A stretch of DNA of 30,701 bases from assembly GCA_045599905.1 (NCBI GenBank), contig JAZRWX010000228.1, positions 1 through 30,701 on the forward strand, read 5' to 3'. Of this stretch, positions 16,473 to 24,959 are shown one piece after another. Numbering within the stretch: position 1 is the first letter of the stretch; every line of letters starts with the position of its first letter. This DNA comes from Acutalibacteraceae bacterium (GTDB taxonomy: Bacteria; Bacillota; Clostridia; Oscillospirales; Acutalibacteraceae). The notes under the pieces were generated by a model, which saw only the letters and a program-made list of their open reading frames with translations, did not search any database and was not told the DNA's origin. A program made the position numbers and the translations under genes.

Positions 16473-17951
16473 TTATAGTATTATACACACCAGACCGTTA
16501 CAACCCTCGTTAATTACACGCTCGATCGTTTCCTGAATTCTTCCGCGCGCATCGGCCGGCATTCGTGCCAATTTGGTGTGTAAACCTTCGTTGACCAGTT
16601 CATGCAGCGATTTTCCGAAAATATTTGAATCCCATATTTTTACAGGATCATCCTCAAATTGTTTCAACAAATATAAGATCAGGTCTTCCGACTGCTTTTC
16701 GCTTCCGACGATCGGTGTGACCTCGGTCGTGATGTCAGCACGCATCATATGTATTGACGGTGCGGACGCCCGCAAACGAACACCGTAGCGTCCGCCTTGC
16801 TTCATGATTTCCGGCTCATCCAAGGTTAATTCTTCAATTGATGGCATGACGATACCGTAACCGGTTGCTTCGACTTCATCCAGTGCGTTTTTGACGCGCC
16901 GATATTCTTTTTTAATCTGCGACAGATCGGTCATACATTCTAAAAGTTCCTGTTCATCTGCTATTTCCAACCCGGTTTTTTCGGCAAGAATTTTGAAAAA
17001 CAGCGTCGGTTGAAGTTTCAGTTCAATAACGGCACTTCCCTGCCCCAGATCAATGGAATATATACGTGCCTTTTCAACGTTTTCGCTGTCTGAAAACGCG
17101 CTTTCAAAACGACGGATATCACGGATGTGCCGAATATCTTGCACAATGCTGTGAATGCCGCCGGTCAAATCAGCGCGCAGCCAGTGGTCCAAAGATAAAG
17201 AATTCACCCAGCGCGGGAAACGGATTTGAATTTCATGCACGGGAAATTCAAACAAAATCTGTGCCAGTATTGCCCGAACGTCTTCTTCGGTCAGATCCAC
17301 ACAATTGATCGGCAAAACGGTTACGCCGTACTTTTCACCGATTTCATTCGCGGTTTTACGCGCTTCATCGGTATCCGGATCAATGCAGTTCAACAGGACG
17401 ATAAACGGTTTGTTCAATTCCTGCAATTCTCTGATGACACGTTCTTCGGCTTCGGCGTACTCCTCACGCGGAATATCACTGATACTGCCGTCTGTGGTAA
17501 TGACCAATCCGATAGTCGAATGCTCACGTATGACCTTTTCGGTACCGATTTCAGCCGCCATATTAAACGGGATCGGTTCACTGTGCCACGGCGTCATGAC
17601 CATTCGCGGCTGATCGTTTTCAATATACCCGAGTGCGCTCGGAACAATATAACCAACACAGTCGATCAACCGTACATTCATGGCGGCAGTCGGATCAATC
17701 ATGATCTGAACGCCTTTTTCGGGGACAAATTTCGGTTCAGTTGTCATGATCGTGCGACCGGATGAGGCCTGCGGCATTTCATCGCTGGCGCGCTCTTTCT
17801 GAAATTCCTGCGGAATATTCGGTAGTACCAGTTCCTCCATAAAACGTTTGATAAATGTTGATTTTCCCGTTCTGACCGGACCAACGACCCCAATATAGAT
17901 ATCACCGCCCGTTCGTGCGGAAATATCATGGTAAATGCTTGTATTTGTCAT
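16473..17951 (-). CDS. spoIVA: Stage IV sporulation protein A
   Basis: GGAGG RBS, ATG at 17951, 492 aa. IYIGVVGPVRTGKSTFIKRFM, TTEPKF, DCVGY and the C-terminal INEGCNGLVCIIL. Confidence 0.97.
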   Translation of the reverse strand: MTNTSIYHDISARTGGDIYIGVVGPVRTGKSTFIKRFMEELVLPNIPQEFQKERASDEMPQASSGRTIMTTEPKFVPEKGVQIMIDPTAAMNVRLIDCVGYIVPSALGYIENDQPRMVMTPWHSEPIPFNMAAEIGTEKVIREHSTIGLVITTDGSISDIPREEYAEAEERVIRELQELNKPFIVLLNCIDPDTDEARKTANEIGEKYGVTVLPINCVDLTEEDVRAILAQILFEFPVHEIQIRFPRWVNSLSLDHWLRADLTGGIHSIVQDIRHIRDIRRFESAFSDSENVEKARIYSIDLGQGSAVIELKLQPTLFFKILAEKTGLEIADEQELLECMTDLSQIKKEYRRVKNALDEVEATGYGIVMPSIEELTLDEPEIMKQGGRYGVRLRASAPSIHMMRADITTEVTPIVGSEKQSEDLILYLLKQFEDDPVKIWDSNIFGKSLHELVNEGLHTKLARMPADARGRIQETIERVINEGCNGLVCIIL

Positions 17952-17989
17952 AAACATTCCTCCGAAGACTGAATTATCATTCTGTTTCA

Positions 17990-18018
17990 AGAATATGAAG
18001 GTTCTGAATAGTTTATGA
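17990..18018 (-). promoter_or_regulatory. sigmaE-type promoter of spoIVA
   Basis: On the minus strand: TCATAAA, 14-bp spacer, CATATTCT, fitting (T/G)(A/C)ATA(A/T)(A/T)-N14-CATAnnnT. spoIVA is a known sigmaE target. Confidence 0.75.
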
Positions 18019-18019
18019 C

Positions 18020-18054
18020 AAAAAACGGATGGTACCGAATTACGATACCATCCG
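18020..18054 (-). terminator. Terminator of the class A PBP gene
   Basis: CGGATGGTA/TACCATCCG stem followed by TTTTTT on the minus strand. Confidence 0.8.
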
Positions 18055-18063
18055 CCGGTAGTA

Positions 18064-20679
18064 TTATTGAGTTGTTGCGGGCTGACCGGTCGTAGAATCG
18101 GTCGGCTGCTGGGTGTTACCGCCGTTATCACCAGTCGGGTTTTCGGCAGGAGCGGTGCTTTGAGGCGGCACGCTACTTGCCGGTGTTTCGGAAGGTGTTA
18201 CTGTGGACGGTGTATTATCGGTGGTAGATTGTGTACCGGATGAAGTTCCGCCGTTATTGGTATTAGAAGAATTCTTTGAATTGTTTTGCGAGGAATTGTT
18301 CTTCTTATCATTTGAATTCGGCTTACTGTCGGAAGCATCCGAAGAACCACCGCCGCAGCGGGTACATTTGGCAGGAACATTACTGGAACGGAACCAACCG
18401 AGTTCTTTTGAACAGCCGCTGCTTGCGATCAGACCGGAGGATTTACAGTAATATGCCTCCACAACGTCCGAACAATCTTCAAACTGTTTATTGCTCAAAT
18501 CAGAATGAACACTGCTCATGATCGTTCCCCAGAGTTTTTTGGCGATATTGGTATCGGGTATGCGTACTTTTTGATTGTTCGTGTTGTCATAACCGCACCA
18601 GCAGGATGCCACATAATACGGTGTACCGCCGCAGAACCAAAGGTCACACTCATCGTTGGTCGTACCGGTCTTACCGTATACGGCCATCTTCGGGAAATAT
18701 GATTTGATCATGGTCGCCGTACCGTTTTTCACGACGTTCTGTAACAAATGATTCATGACGTCGGCGGAATCCGGCGCAATAACGTAATGACCGCGCGCAT
18801 TTTCACGGTTCAGTATGACTTCACCTTTTTCATTTCGCAACGGCTCACCGTGTGAATTTAATACCTTTGTGTAGAAATGCGGTTCATAATAAAAACCGTG
18901 ATTGCCGAAAATGGCGTACGCCGCTGCTGATTCAAGTGTTGTCAAACCGCCGTTTGTACCGCCCATGCCCAAAGGTGCCAGGTTCAGATCTCCGTTGCCG
19001 CCCGGTGTCAGGGTCGTGAATCCAAGTGATTTTGTCATGAATTCATAACTGGTTTCCAGTCCCAGTTTTTCATCCAGCAATTTGACCGGAACGGTATTCA
19101 GCGACTGCTCCAAAGCATATTTAATGGAAACATTCGCACCGTGACCGCCCATATTGCCGTAGTTGGCAACACGCCATTCACCGTAGTTTTTGCTTAAATC
19201 CTGGATCAGCATCGAATAATAAATATCATTATTATCCATACATGCTGAATAGACCGACAACGGTTTAATAGAGGAACCCGGCTGACGTATCGCGGAAGTC
19301 GCGCGGTTGAAAGAACGGTTTACTTTTTTCTTTCCGATCCCGCCGACAATACCGCGAACATTGCCTTTGTAATCGACAATGGTCATTGCCGACTGCATTT
19401 TTGTTCCGTTACTGCCGACCAAACCGTAGGTGTTACGGTCTTTGTAAACCGCTTCCATTTTTGACTGGATTTCGGGATCGACCGTCGCGTAGATCTTATA
19501 ACCGCCATTATAAAGCATTCGGCTTGCGTATTTGGAATCCCAATCGTTTTCTTTCGCAAGTTGTTTTGTTATATCGTCGATCAGACCGTCGATAAAGTAA
19601 GAATTGACCGTATCGCCCGCAAGCATGGATTTTTTGCAAACGACCTTCAATTCTTCATCGCGCGCGGACTTATATTCCTCTTTCGTGATGTACCCTTGAT
19701 TGTACATTTCGGAAAGAACGGTATTGCGGCGTTTTAAGCTTTCTTCCTCGTTAAGGTCCGGTGAATACAAGGACGGATTCTTGGTAATGCCGGCGATCGT
19801 TGCGCATTCAGCCAATGTAAGATTATTGACTTTTTTATTAAAATAATAGTTTGCCGCGACCTGAACGCCCTTAATATTATGGCCAAGCGCGATCTGATTC
19901 AGATAGCATTCCATAATAACGTCTTTGGAATAATGCTCTTCCAGATAGCGCGCGTTCATGATTTCACGGATTTTGCGGCTCGCGTTCTGCTGATCGTCTA
20001 GCGTCAGGTTTTTGACCAACTGTTGTGTGACGGTGGAACCGCCCTGATTCGATGCGTAAAAATGCAGGAACATATTGGCGAACGCCGAAAATGTACGTTT
20101 CCAGTCAGTTCCCTGATGCTGATAAAAACGCTTGTCTTCGATCGCGACGACGGCGTTGACCATGTTCTGCGGAATACCACGGTATCCTTTTTCGTTTTTG
20201 GATGCCGCATTGTGATCATATTCGACCCAGATACAGTTATTGTCACCTTGCAGGCGTTTATATTCCTTATACCCGCCTTTCCCGTTATCGACGTATATGA
20301 TCGTCGTGAACAGGGCTTCAAGGTCATTCAGGTTGAATTCATCGACCGTAGTATCGACCATGGTGAAGAAATAAAGCAAAAACGCGCCGATAACAACGCT
20401 GAATGTAATAACGCCGACCAAAAATATAGACAGAATGGTCATCAACAACCGACGCTTGCGTTTTTGACGATGGTTCATTTTCTTTTCATTTTTTTCTGCG
20501 GCGGCAGATGAAAAACTGAAAAGATCCACGACTTCCCCATCCGAAACAGCGGACTGGTTCTGACTGCTTGAATCCGAAAAGAAATTCGGAATATCCAAAT
20601 TATCCGAACGTTGATCATTAGTACCGTAATCGTTCAGATCCTGCGATTCATCCTGCGGATATTCAAAAAATTCGGACAT
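18064..20679 (-). CDS. Class A penicillin-binding protein (PBP1A family, transglycosylase/transpeptidase)
   Basis: GGAGGTG RBS, ATG at 20679. GT51 motifs EDKRFYQHQG, GGSTVTQQLVKN, RKIRE. Transpeptidase SSIK, SLN, KTGT. One TM helix and a low-complexity C-terminal tail. Confidence 0.93.
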   Translation of the reverse strand: MSEFFEYPQDESQDLNDYGTNDQRSDNLDIPNFFSDSSSQNQSAVSDGEVVDLFSFSSAAAEKNEKKMNHRQKRKRRLLMTILSIFLVGVITFSVVIGAFLLYFFTMVDTTVDEFNLNDLEALFTTIIYVDNGKGGYKEYKRLQGDNNCIWVEYDHNAASKNEKGYRGIPQNMVNAVVAIEDKRFYQHQGTDWKRTFSAFANMFLHFYASNQGGSTVTQQLVKNLTLDDQQNASRKIREIMNARYLEEHYSKDVIMECYLNQIALGHNIKGVQVAANYYFNKKVNNLTLAECATIAGITKNPSLYSPDLNEEESLKRRNTVLSEMYNQGYITKEEYKSARDEELKVVCKKSMLAGDTVNSYFIDGLIDDITKQLAKENDWDSKYASRMLYNGGYKIYATVDPEIQSKMEAVYKDRNTYGLVGSNGTKMQSAMTIVDYKGNVRGIVGGIGKKKVNRSFNRATSAIRQPGSSIKPLSVYSACMDNNDIYYSMLIQDLSKNYGEWRVANYGNMGGHGANVSIKYALEQSLNTVPVKLLDEKLGLETSYEFMTKSLGFTTLTPGGNGDLNLAPLGMGGTNGGLTTLESAAAYAIFGNHGFYYEPHFYTKVLNSHGEPLRNEKGEVILNRENARGHYVIAPDSADVMNHLLQNVVKNGTATMIKSYFPKMAVYGKTGTTNDECDLWFCGGTPYYVASCWCGYDNTNNQKVRIPDTNIAKKLWGTIMSSVHSDLSNKQFEDCSDVVEAYYCKSSGLIASSGCSKELGWFRSSNVPAKCTRCGGGSSDASDSKPNSNDKKNNSSQNNSKNSSNTNNGGTSSGTQSTTDNTPSTVTPSETPASSVPPQSTAPAENPTGDNGGNTQQPTDSTTGQPATTQ

Positions 20680-20829
20680 TATAGCACCTCCGTATGTGAA
20701 ACGTAAAAATACCATTTTAGACTATTATACCATGATTTTCTTATTTGTTAAGTTACAATTTTTTTACCATTATATTTTTAGAAGAATATTATATAAATAA
20801 AAGCAAAAAATACCTTTGAGGTGTATGTT

Positions 20830-21120
20830 ATGCGTAAAAAAGTCATATATGGAATCGTGATCGGCTGTATGATCGCTTTCACGGTTTTCGGTATGGTTGA
20901 ATTTTTATCACTGATGCCCACGGTAAAAAAAGATCCGGTCTACCTTTTACAAATCAACGGCGGAACCGTACAATTGTTTGAAAACGGAACGCCGGTTAAA
21001 AATTATCCGGAAATCGTTATAGACAATCTGCCGTATGAAGACCGACGGAAACTTTCAAAAGGAATCGAATTTTCCAGTCGGCACGAAGCCGAACTTGCAA
21101 TTGAAGATTATGACGGATAA
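20830..21120 (+). CDS. Small membrane-anchored protein with a BofC C-terminal-like domain
   Basis: GAGGTG RBS then ATG at 20830. N-terminal TM helix and C-terminal IDNLPYEDRRKLSKGI...AIEDY, a pattern typical of clostridial BofC_C proteins. Confidence 0.65.
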   Translation: MRKKVIYGIVIGCMIAFTVFGMVEFLSLMPTVKKDPVYLLQINGGTVQLFENGTPVKNYPEIVIDNLPYEDRRKLSKGIEFSSRHEAELAIEDYDG

Positions 21121-21135
21121 ATTTTACAATACCCC

Positions 21136-21163
21136 TTGAAAAATGCGCAAATAAAGGTATAAT
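21136..21163 (+). promoter_or_regulatory. sigmaA promoter for the DUF4364 gene
   Basis: TTGAAA, 16-bp spacer, TATAAT. Confidence 0.6.
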
Positions 21164-21194
21164 AGTAGTCAGAAATAATACAAAGGAGTATTCC

Positions 21195-21752
21195 ATGGAA
21201 AAAGATGCTGCTTCTGCCGGCGTAGCGCCGGTCGGTGGACTTTTCAGTACCGCTGAAATCAAAATTCTGATCTGCTATATCCTGACCGAATTGAATGAGC
21301 CTGTCCCGACCGACGGTATGGTCAATCTTTTGCACTATGAGGGAATCGCCAACGCTTTTGAAGTAAGTGATGCGTTCCATTCCCTCGAAAAAAGCGGTAT
21401 GATTTTTTCGCCCGAAAATGACGGCCGTTTCACCGTGACCGAACAAGGTAAATCCGTTCATGAAACATTGAAAGATTCTATACCGATCACCGTTAAAAAC
21501 CGTGCGTTAACGGCAACAAAAAAGATGTTGACCCGTAACCGTAACGCGGAGAATTCAGATATTTCCATTACCCACGAAGACGGAATGACCTACGTTACCT
21601 GCACCGCGCTGGATCGAAAAAAGCCGTTGTTAAGCATTAAAATGGTCGTTGTCGACGATGCGCAGGGACAGCGTATCAAGGATCGTTTTCTTGAAAATTC
21701 CACGGAAATATGTTCAACCGTCATTAATCTGTTGACGTGTGAAAGTGAATAA
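21195..21752 (+). CDS. DUF4364-family protein (winged-helix-like N-terminus)
   Basis: AAGGAG RBS. KILICYIL...EGIANAFEV and ITEQGK-like wHTH wing; the size fits the family as recalled. Confidence 0.7.
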   Translation: MEKDAASAGVAPVGGLFSTAEIKILICYILTELNEPVPTDGMVNLLHYEGIANAFEVSDAFHSLEKSGMIFSPENDGRFTVTEQGKSVHETLKDSIPITVKNRALTATKKMLTRNRNAENSDISITHEDGMTYVTCTALDRKKPLLSIKMVVVDDAQGQRIKDRFLENSTEICSTVINLLTCESE

Positions 21753-21756
21753 AATT

Positions 21757-21789
21757 TCGGGCAGAGCACTTAAATAATGCTCTGCCCGA
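21757..21789. terminator. Terminator-like hairpin between convergent genes
   Basis: TCGGGCAGAGCA-N9-TGCTCTGCCCGA. Confidence 0.75.
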
Positions 21790-21792
21790 TTG

Positions 21793-22185
21793 TTATATAT
21801 ATTTTTTGCGGTCTTTTCGATTGACACCAACGATCCCGCCTATCAATCCGCTTAACAGAATAATGACCAGATGAAATGCTGAATTTATGGTCACGCCGGA
21901 TTCACGTGCCAAGAGTCCGATAAACGTAATAATAACGAAATAAATGCCGCCGGTAATCAAGCCGACCGCCCACCCTTTCTCGCCTCGTTTATACGCGGTA
22001 AAATAAGCGGTGAAAAAAGAACCGATCGCAAGGCACAGCGTTGCCAACGGCGCGGCAAAAGCCCGGTCGGCGGACAAATACATCATTCCGACCGCGGCAA
22101 GGCAAAGGCATACCGCACTGATCGGTATGCCGATCAAAAACCCTTTCAGATAGCATAAACAGCATTCCGTATTTATTTTACGCAT
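21793..22185 (-). CDS. TIGR04086/DUF3792-like four-TM membrane protein
   Basis: GGAGG RBS, ATG at 22185, 130 aa. Four hydrophobic helices, KGWAVGLITG and C-terminal GLIGGIVGVN. Confidence 0.75.
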   Translation of the reverse strand: MRKINTECCLCYLKGFLIGIPISAVCLCLAAVGMMYLSADRAFAAPLATLCLAIGSFFTAYFTAYKRGEKGWAVGLITGGIYFVIITFIGLLARESGVTINSAFHLVIILLSGLIGGIVGVNRKDRKKYI

Positions 22186-22219
22186 AAAAAATCCCTCCGT
22201 CAAAAGATATGACGGAGGG
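22186..22219 (-). terminator. yajC terminator whose 3' arm contains the RBS of the next gene
   Basis: On the minus strand: CCCTCCGTCA-TATCTTT-TGACGGAGGG-ATTTTTT-ATG. Confidence 0.75.
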
Positions 22220-22232
22220 TTCGTTATTATTC
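22204..22232 (-). promoter_or_regulatory. sigmaE-like promoter inside the yajC terminator
   Basis: On the minus strand: GAATAAT, 14-bp spacer, CATATCTT, the same geometry as the spoIVA promoter. Confidence 0.5.
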
Positions 22233-22568
22233 GGCTGTATCCTCGTGAACGGTCAGATTCTGCTGAATGGCCCAACGGGCAATGGTCAGTTTGCTGTGAT
22301 CGCTTTTGGATTCAATAACGATCGAATCATCTTTCAAAGAAATGACACGACCGTAAATACCGCCGATCGTCAGCAGTTCGTCACCGATTTGCAGATTTTC
22401 ACGCATTTTCTTTTCTTCTTTTTCCTTTTTCTTCTGCGGGCGGATCATCAGGAAATACATGACCGCAATGATCAGAACGAAAGGCAGGAAAGTCACTAAC
22501 AGACCAAGCGCCCCCCCTTGATTGCCTTGGGCGGCATTTGCAGTTTCTTTTGCAAGCGTAAATAACAT
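22227..22568 (-). CDS. yajC: Preprotein translocase subunit YajC
   Basis: MYFLMIRPQKKKEKE, LQIGDELLTIGGIYG; lies downstream of tgt. Confidence 0.93.
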   Translation of the reverse strand: MLFTLAKETANAAQGNQGGALGLLVTFLPFVLIIAVMYFLMIRPQKKKEKEEKKMRENLQIGDELLTIGGIYGRVISLKDDSIVIESKSDHSKLTIARWAIQQNLTVHEDTAE

Positions 22569-22601
22569 AATTGATAATTCCTTTCAAAAAATCTAAAACT
22601 T

Positions 22602-22630
22602 ATTATACATAAACGAACGACGGAATGCAA
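22602..22630 (-). promoter_or_regulatory. Internal sigmaA promoter for yajC
   Basis: On the minus strand: TTGCAT, 17-bp spacer, TATAAT. Confidence 0.7.
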
Positions 22631-22657
22631 GCAAAAAATTGTGAATGAACGGTAAAA

Positions 22658-23788
22658 TTATATCCGACGCCCCAAAACCTGCTCTTTTTCCGCTTTAAAT
22701 TGCGCAAATCTGCCTTCATCAAGCGCGTTTCGGATATCGGTCATCAGATGATTATAAAACCAAAGGTTGTGGATAACGTTCAATCGGCTTGAAAGCATCT
22801 CGCCCGCTTTCAATAAATGGCGCAGATAGGCGCGGCTGTATTGACGGCAGACCGGACAGTCACATTCTTCATCGACCGGGCGCATATCACGTTCATATTT
22901 CTGATTATTAAGATTGATGATGCCCTGCGAAGTAAACAAATGACCGTGACGCGCATTCCGGCTGGGCATTACACAGTCAAACAGATCGATACCGTGCGCA
23001 ACGCCGTTCAGAATATTCAGCGGGGTACCCACCCCCATCAGGTAACGGATCTTATCCTTCGGCATAAAGGGCTCGACCTTCTCGATGATATCGTACATCA
23101 CCTCGGTCGGCTCACCGACCGCAAGACCGCCGATCGCGTAGCCGTCGAGATTCATTTCGGCGATCGTTTTCATGTGTTCAACGCGCAGGTCGCCATAGGT
23201 GCAGCCCTGATTGATCCCGAACAGCATCTGTTCGGGGTTGACAGTCGTTTCCAAACCGTTCAGTCGTTTCATTTCATCCTGACAACGCTTTAACCAGCGT
23301 GTCGTACGTTCACAGCTTTGTTTGGCGTAATTATATTCCGCCGGATTTTCAACGCATTCATCAAAAGCCATGGCAATGGTCGAACCCAAATTCGACTGGA
23401 TCTGCATACTTTCTTCCGGACCCATGAAAATTCGCCGTCCGTCAATATGAGAATTAAACGTCACGCCTTCTTCTTCGATTTTCCGCAAAGCACCCAACGA
23501 GAAGACCTGAAAACCGCCGCTGTCGGTCAGAATCGGGCCGTCCCAACGGGTGAAGCGGTGTAATCCGCCACAGTCGTGAACGATTTTGTCACCCGGACGA
23601 AGGTGTAAATGATAGGTGTTACACAACATGACCTGACAGTCAATATTACGTAAATCCTCCGCGGAAAGACCGCCCTTGATCGCGGCGGCCGTTGCAACAT
23701 TCATGAAAGCCGGCGTCTGTACGGTGCCGCGGTTGGTAACGAACTCTCCGCGCCGGGCCTCCCCTTCTTGTTTTATTAAACGATACAT
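22658..23788 (-). CDS. tgt: tRNA-guanine transglycosylase
   Basis: TPAFMNV, CNTYHL, TDSGGFQVFSL, AFDEC, GGLAVGE, DCVMPSRNARHG and Zn site CDCPVC...H. Confidence 0.96.
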   Translation of the reverse strand: MYRLIKQEGEARRGEFVTNRGTVQTPAFMNVATAAAIKGGLSAEDLRNIDCQVMLCNTYHLHLRPGDKIVHDCGGLHRFTRWDGPILTDSGGFQVFSLGALRKIEEEGVTFNSHIDGRRIFMGPEESMQIQSNLGSTIAMAFDECVENPAEYNYAKQSCERTTRWLKRCQDEMKRLNGLETTVNPEQMLFGINQGCTYGDLRVEHMKTIAEMNLDGYAIGGLAVGEPTEVMYDIIEKVEPFMPKDKIRYLMGVGTPLNILNGVAHGIDLFDCVMPSRNARHGHLFTSQGIINLNNQKYERDMRPVDEECDCPVCRQYSRAYLRHLLKAGEMLSSRLNVIHNLWFYNHLMTDIRNALDEGRFAQFKAEKEQVLGRRI

Positions 23789-23797
23789 AAAATCTCC

Positions 23798-24820
23798 TTA
23801 TAAAATCAACATCGCGTCACCGAAACTGAAAAAACGATACCGTTCTTCAACGGCGGTTTTATACGCGTTCATGATATGATCATATCCCGCAAAAGCGGAA
23901 ACCAACATAATTAGCGTGCTTTCCGGCAGGTGGAAATTTGTGATCAGACCATCCATGCATTTGAACTGATATCCGGGATAGATAAAGATATCCGTATCCC
24001 CGGAACATTCTTTGATCTCGCCGTATTTTGTGCCCACGCTTTCGACCGTGCGGCAGCTTGTAGTACCGACACAGATTACGCGTCCACCGTTTTTCTTGGT
24101 TTCATTGATCACATCCGCGGTATGCTGCGGCATATAATAATATTCGGTGTGCATTTTATGTTTTGTGACGTCATCCACCTTGACCGGACGGAACGTTCCG
24201 AGACCAACGTGCAGAGTAACGTATTCCACACGAATACCGCTGTCGATCAGATCCTGCAACAGTTCCGGCGTAAAATGCAGACCGGCAGTCGGTGCCGCGG
24301 CGGAACCTAATTCTTTGGAGTAAACTGTTTGATACCGTTCCTTATTTTCCAGTTTTTCTTTTATGTAGGGCGGTAACGGCATCTGCCCGATTTCGTCCAG
24401 CACAGCGAAAAATTCACCGTCGCAGGTAAATTCAAGCATACGGTTGCCATCATCTTTGACTTCTTTAACAACAGCGGACAGTTTATCTGAAAAGCGGAAT
24501 TGGTGACCTTCTTTCGCTTTTTTCCCCGGACCCGCGATACATTCCCATAATAATTGACCGCGCTGACGCAATAAAACGAATTCGACAACAGCGCCGGTGT
24601 CGGTACGGGTACCGAAAATGCGTGCAGGCAGTACCCGCGTGTTATTCAGAATCAGGCAATCGCCCGGTTTCAAATAATCTTTCAGGTTGTGAAAAACGGT
24701 ATGGGTAACTTCCCCGCTGTCCTTGTTCAAAAACATCAGTCTGGAAGCGTCACGCGGTTCGATCGGCGTTTGCGCGATCAACTCCTGCGGAAGATCATAA
24801 AAGAAATCACTTGTTTTCAT
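23798..24820 (-). CDS. queA: S-adenosylmethionine:tRNA ribosyltransferase-isomerase
   Basis: [74 protein letters not shown]. Confidence 0.97.
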   Translation of the reverse strand: MKTSDFFYDLPQELIAQTPIEPRDASRLMFLNKDSGEVTHTVFHNLKDYLKPGDCLILNNTRVLPARIFGTRTDTGAVVEFVLLRQRGQLLWECIAGPGKKAKEGHQFRFSDKLSAVVKEVKDDGNRMLEFTCDGEFFAVLDEIGQMPLPPYIKEKLENKERYQTVYSKELGSAAAPTAGLHFTPELLQDLIDSGIRVEYVTLHVGLGTFRPVKVDDVTKHKMHTEYYYMPQHTADVINETKKNGGRVICVGTTSCRTVESVGTKYGEIKECSGDTDIFIYPGYQFKCMDGLITNFHLPESTLIMLVSAFAGYDHIMNAYKTAVEERYRFFSFGDAMLIL

Positions 24821-24861
24821 AAATTCACCGGTAACTTTCTGCTTAAAAGGTATAAAATGGT

Positions 24862-24890
24862 TTGACAAACAGTATACTTAATGGTATATT
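24862..24890 (+). promoter_or_regulatory. sigmaA promoter of asd-dapA-dapB
   Basis: TTGACA, 17-bp spacer, TGnTATATT. Confidence 0.75.
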
Positions 24891-24959
24891 TATTTAGTAT
24901 TATATTGCAAATTACTGTTAATATCAAGTAAAATTATTGCATGAAGGGAATCTTTTATC

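Noticed and set aside
18064-18360. Low-complexity stretch as a tandem repeat or phase-variable locus
   Set aside because: The repetition is at the amino-acid composition level; no exact nucleotide repeat unit was seen.
20760-20820. sigmaF/sigmaG promoter for the BofC-like gene
   Set aside because: Only weak matches with wrong spacing in very AT-rich DNA.
24821-24959. Lysine riboswitch upstream of asd-dapA-dapB
   Set aside because: The promoter lies only about 70 bp from the start codon, too short for the aptamer, and the leader is unstructured and AT-rich.
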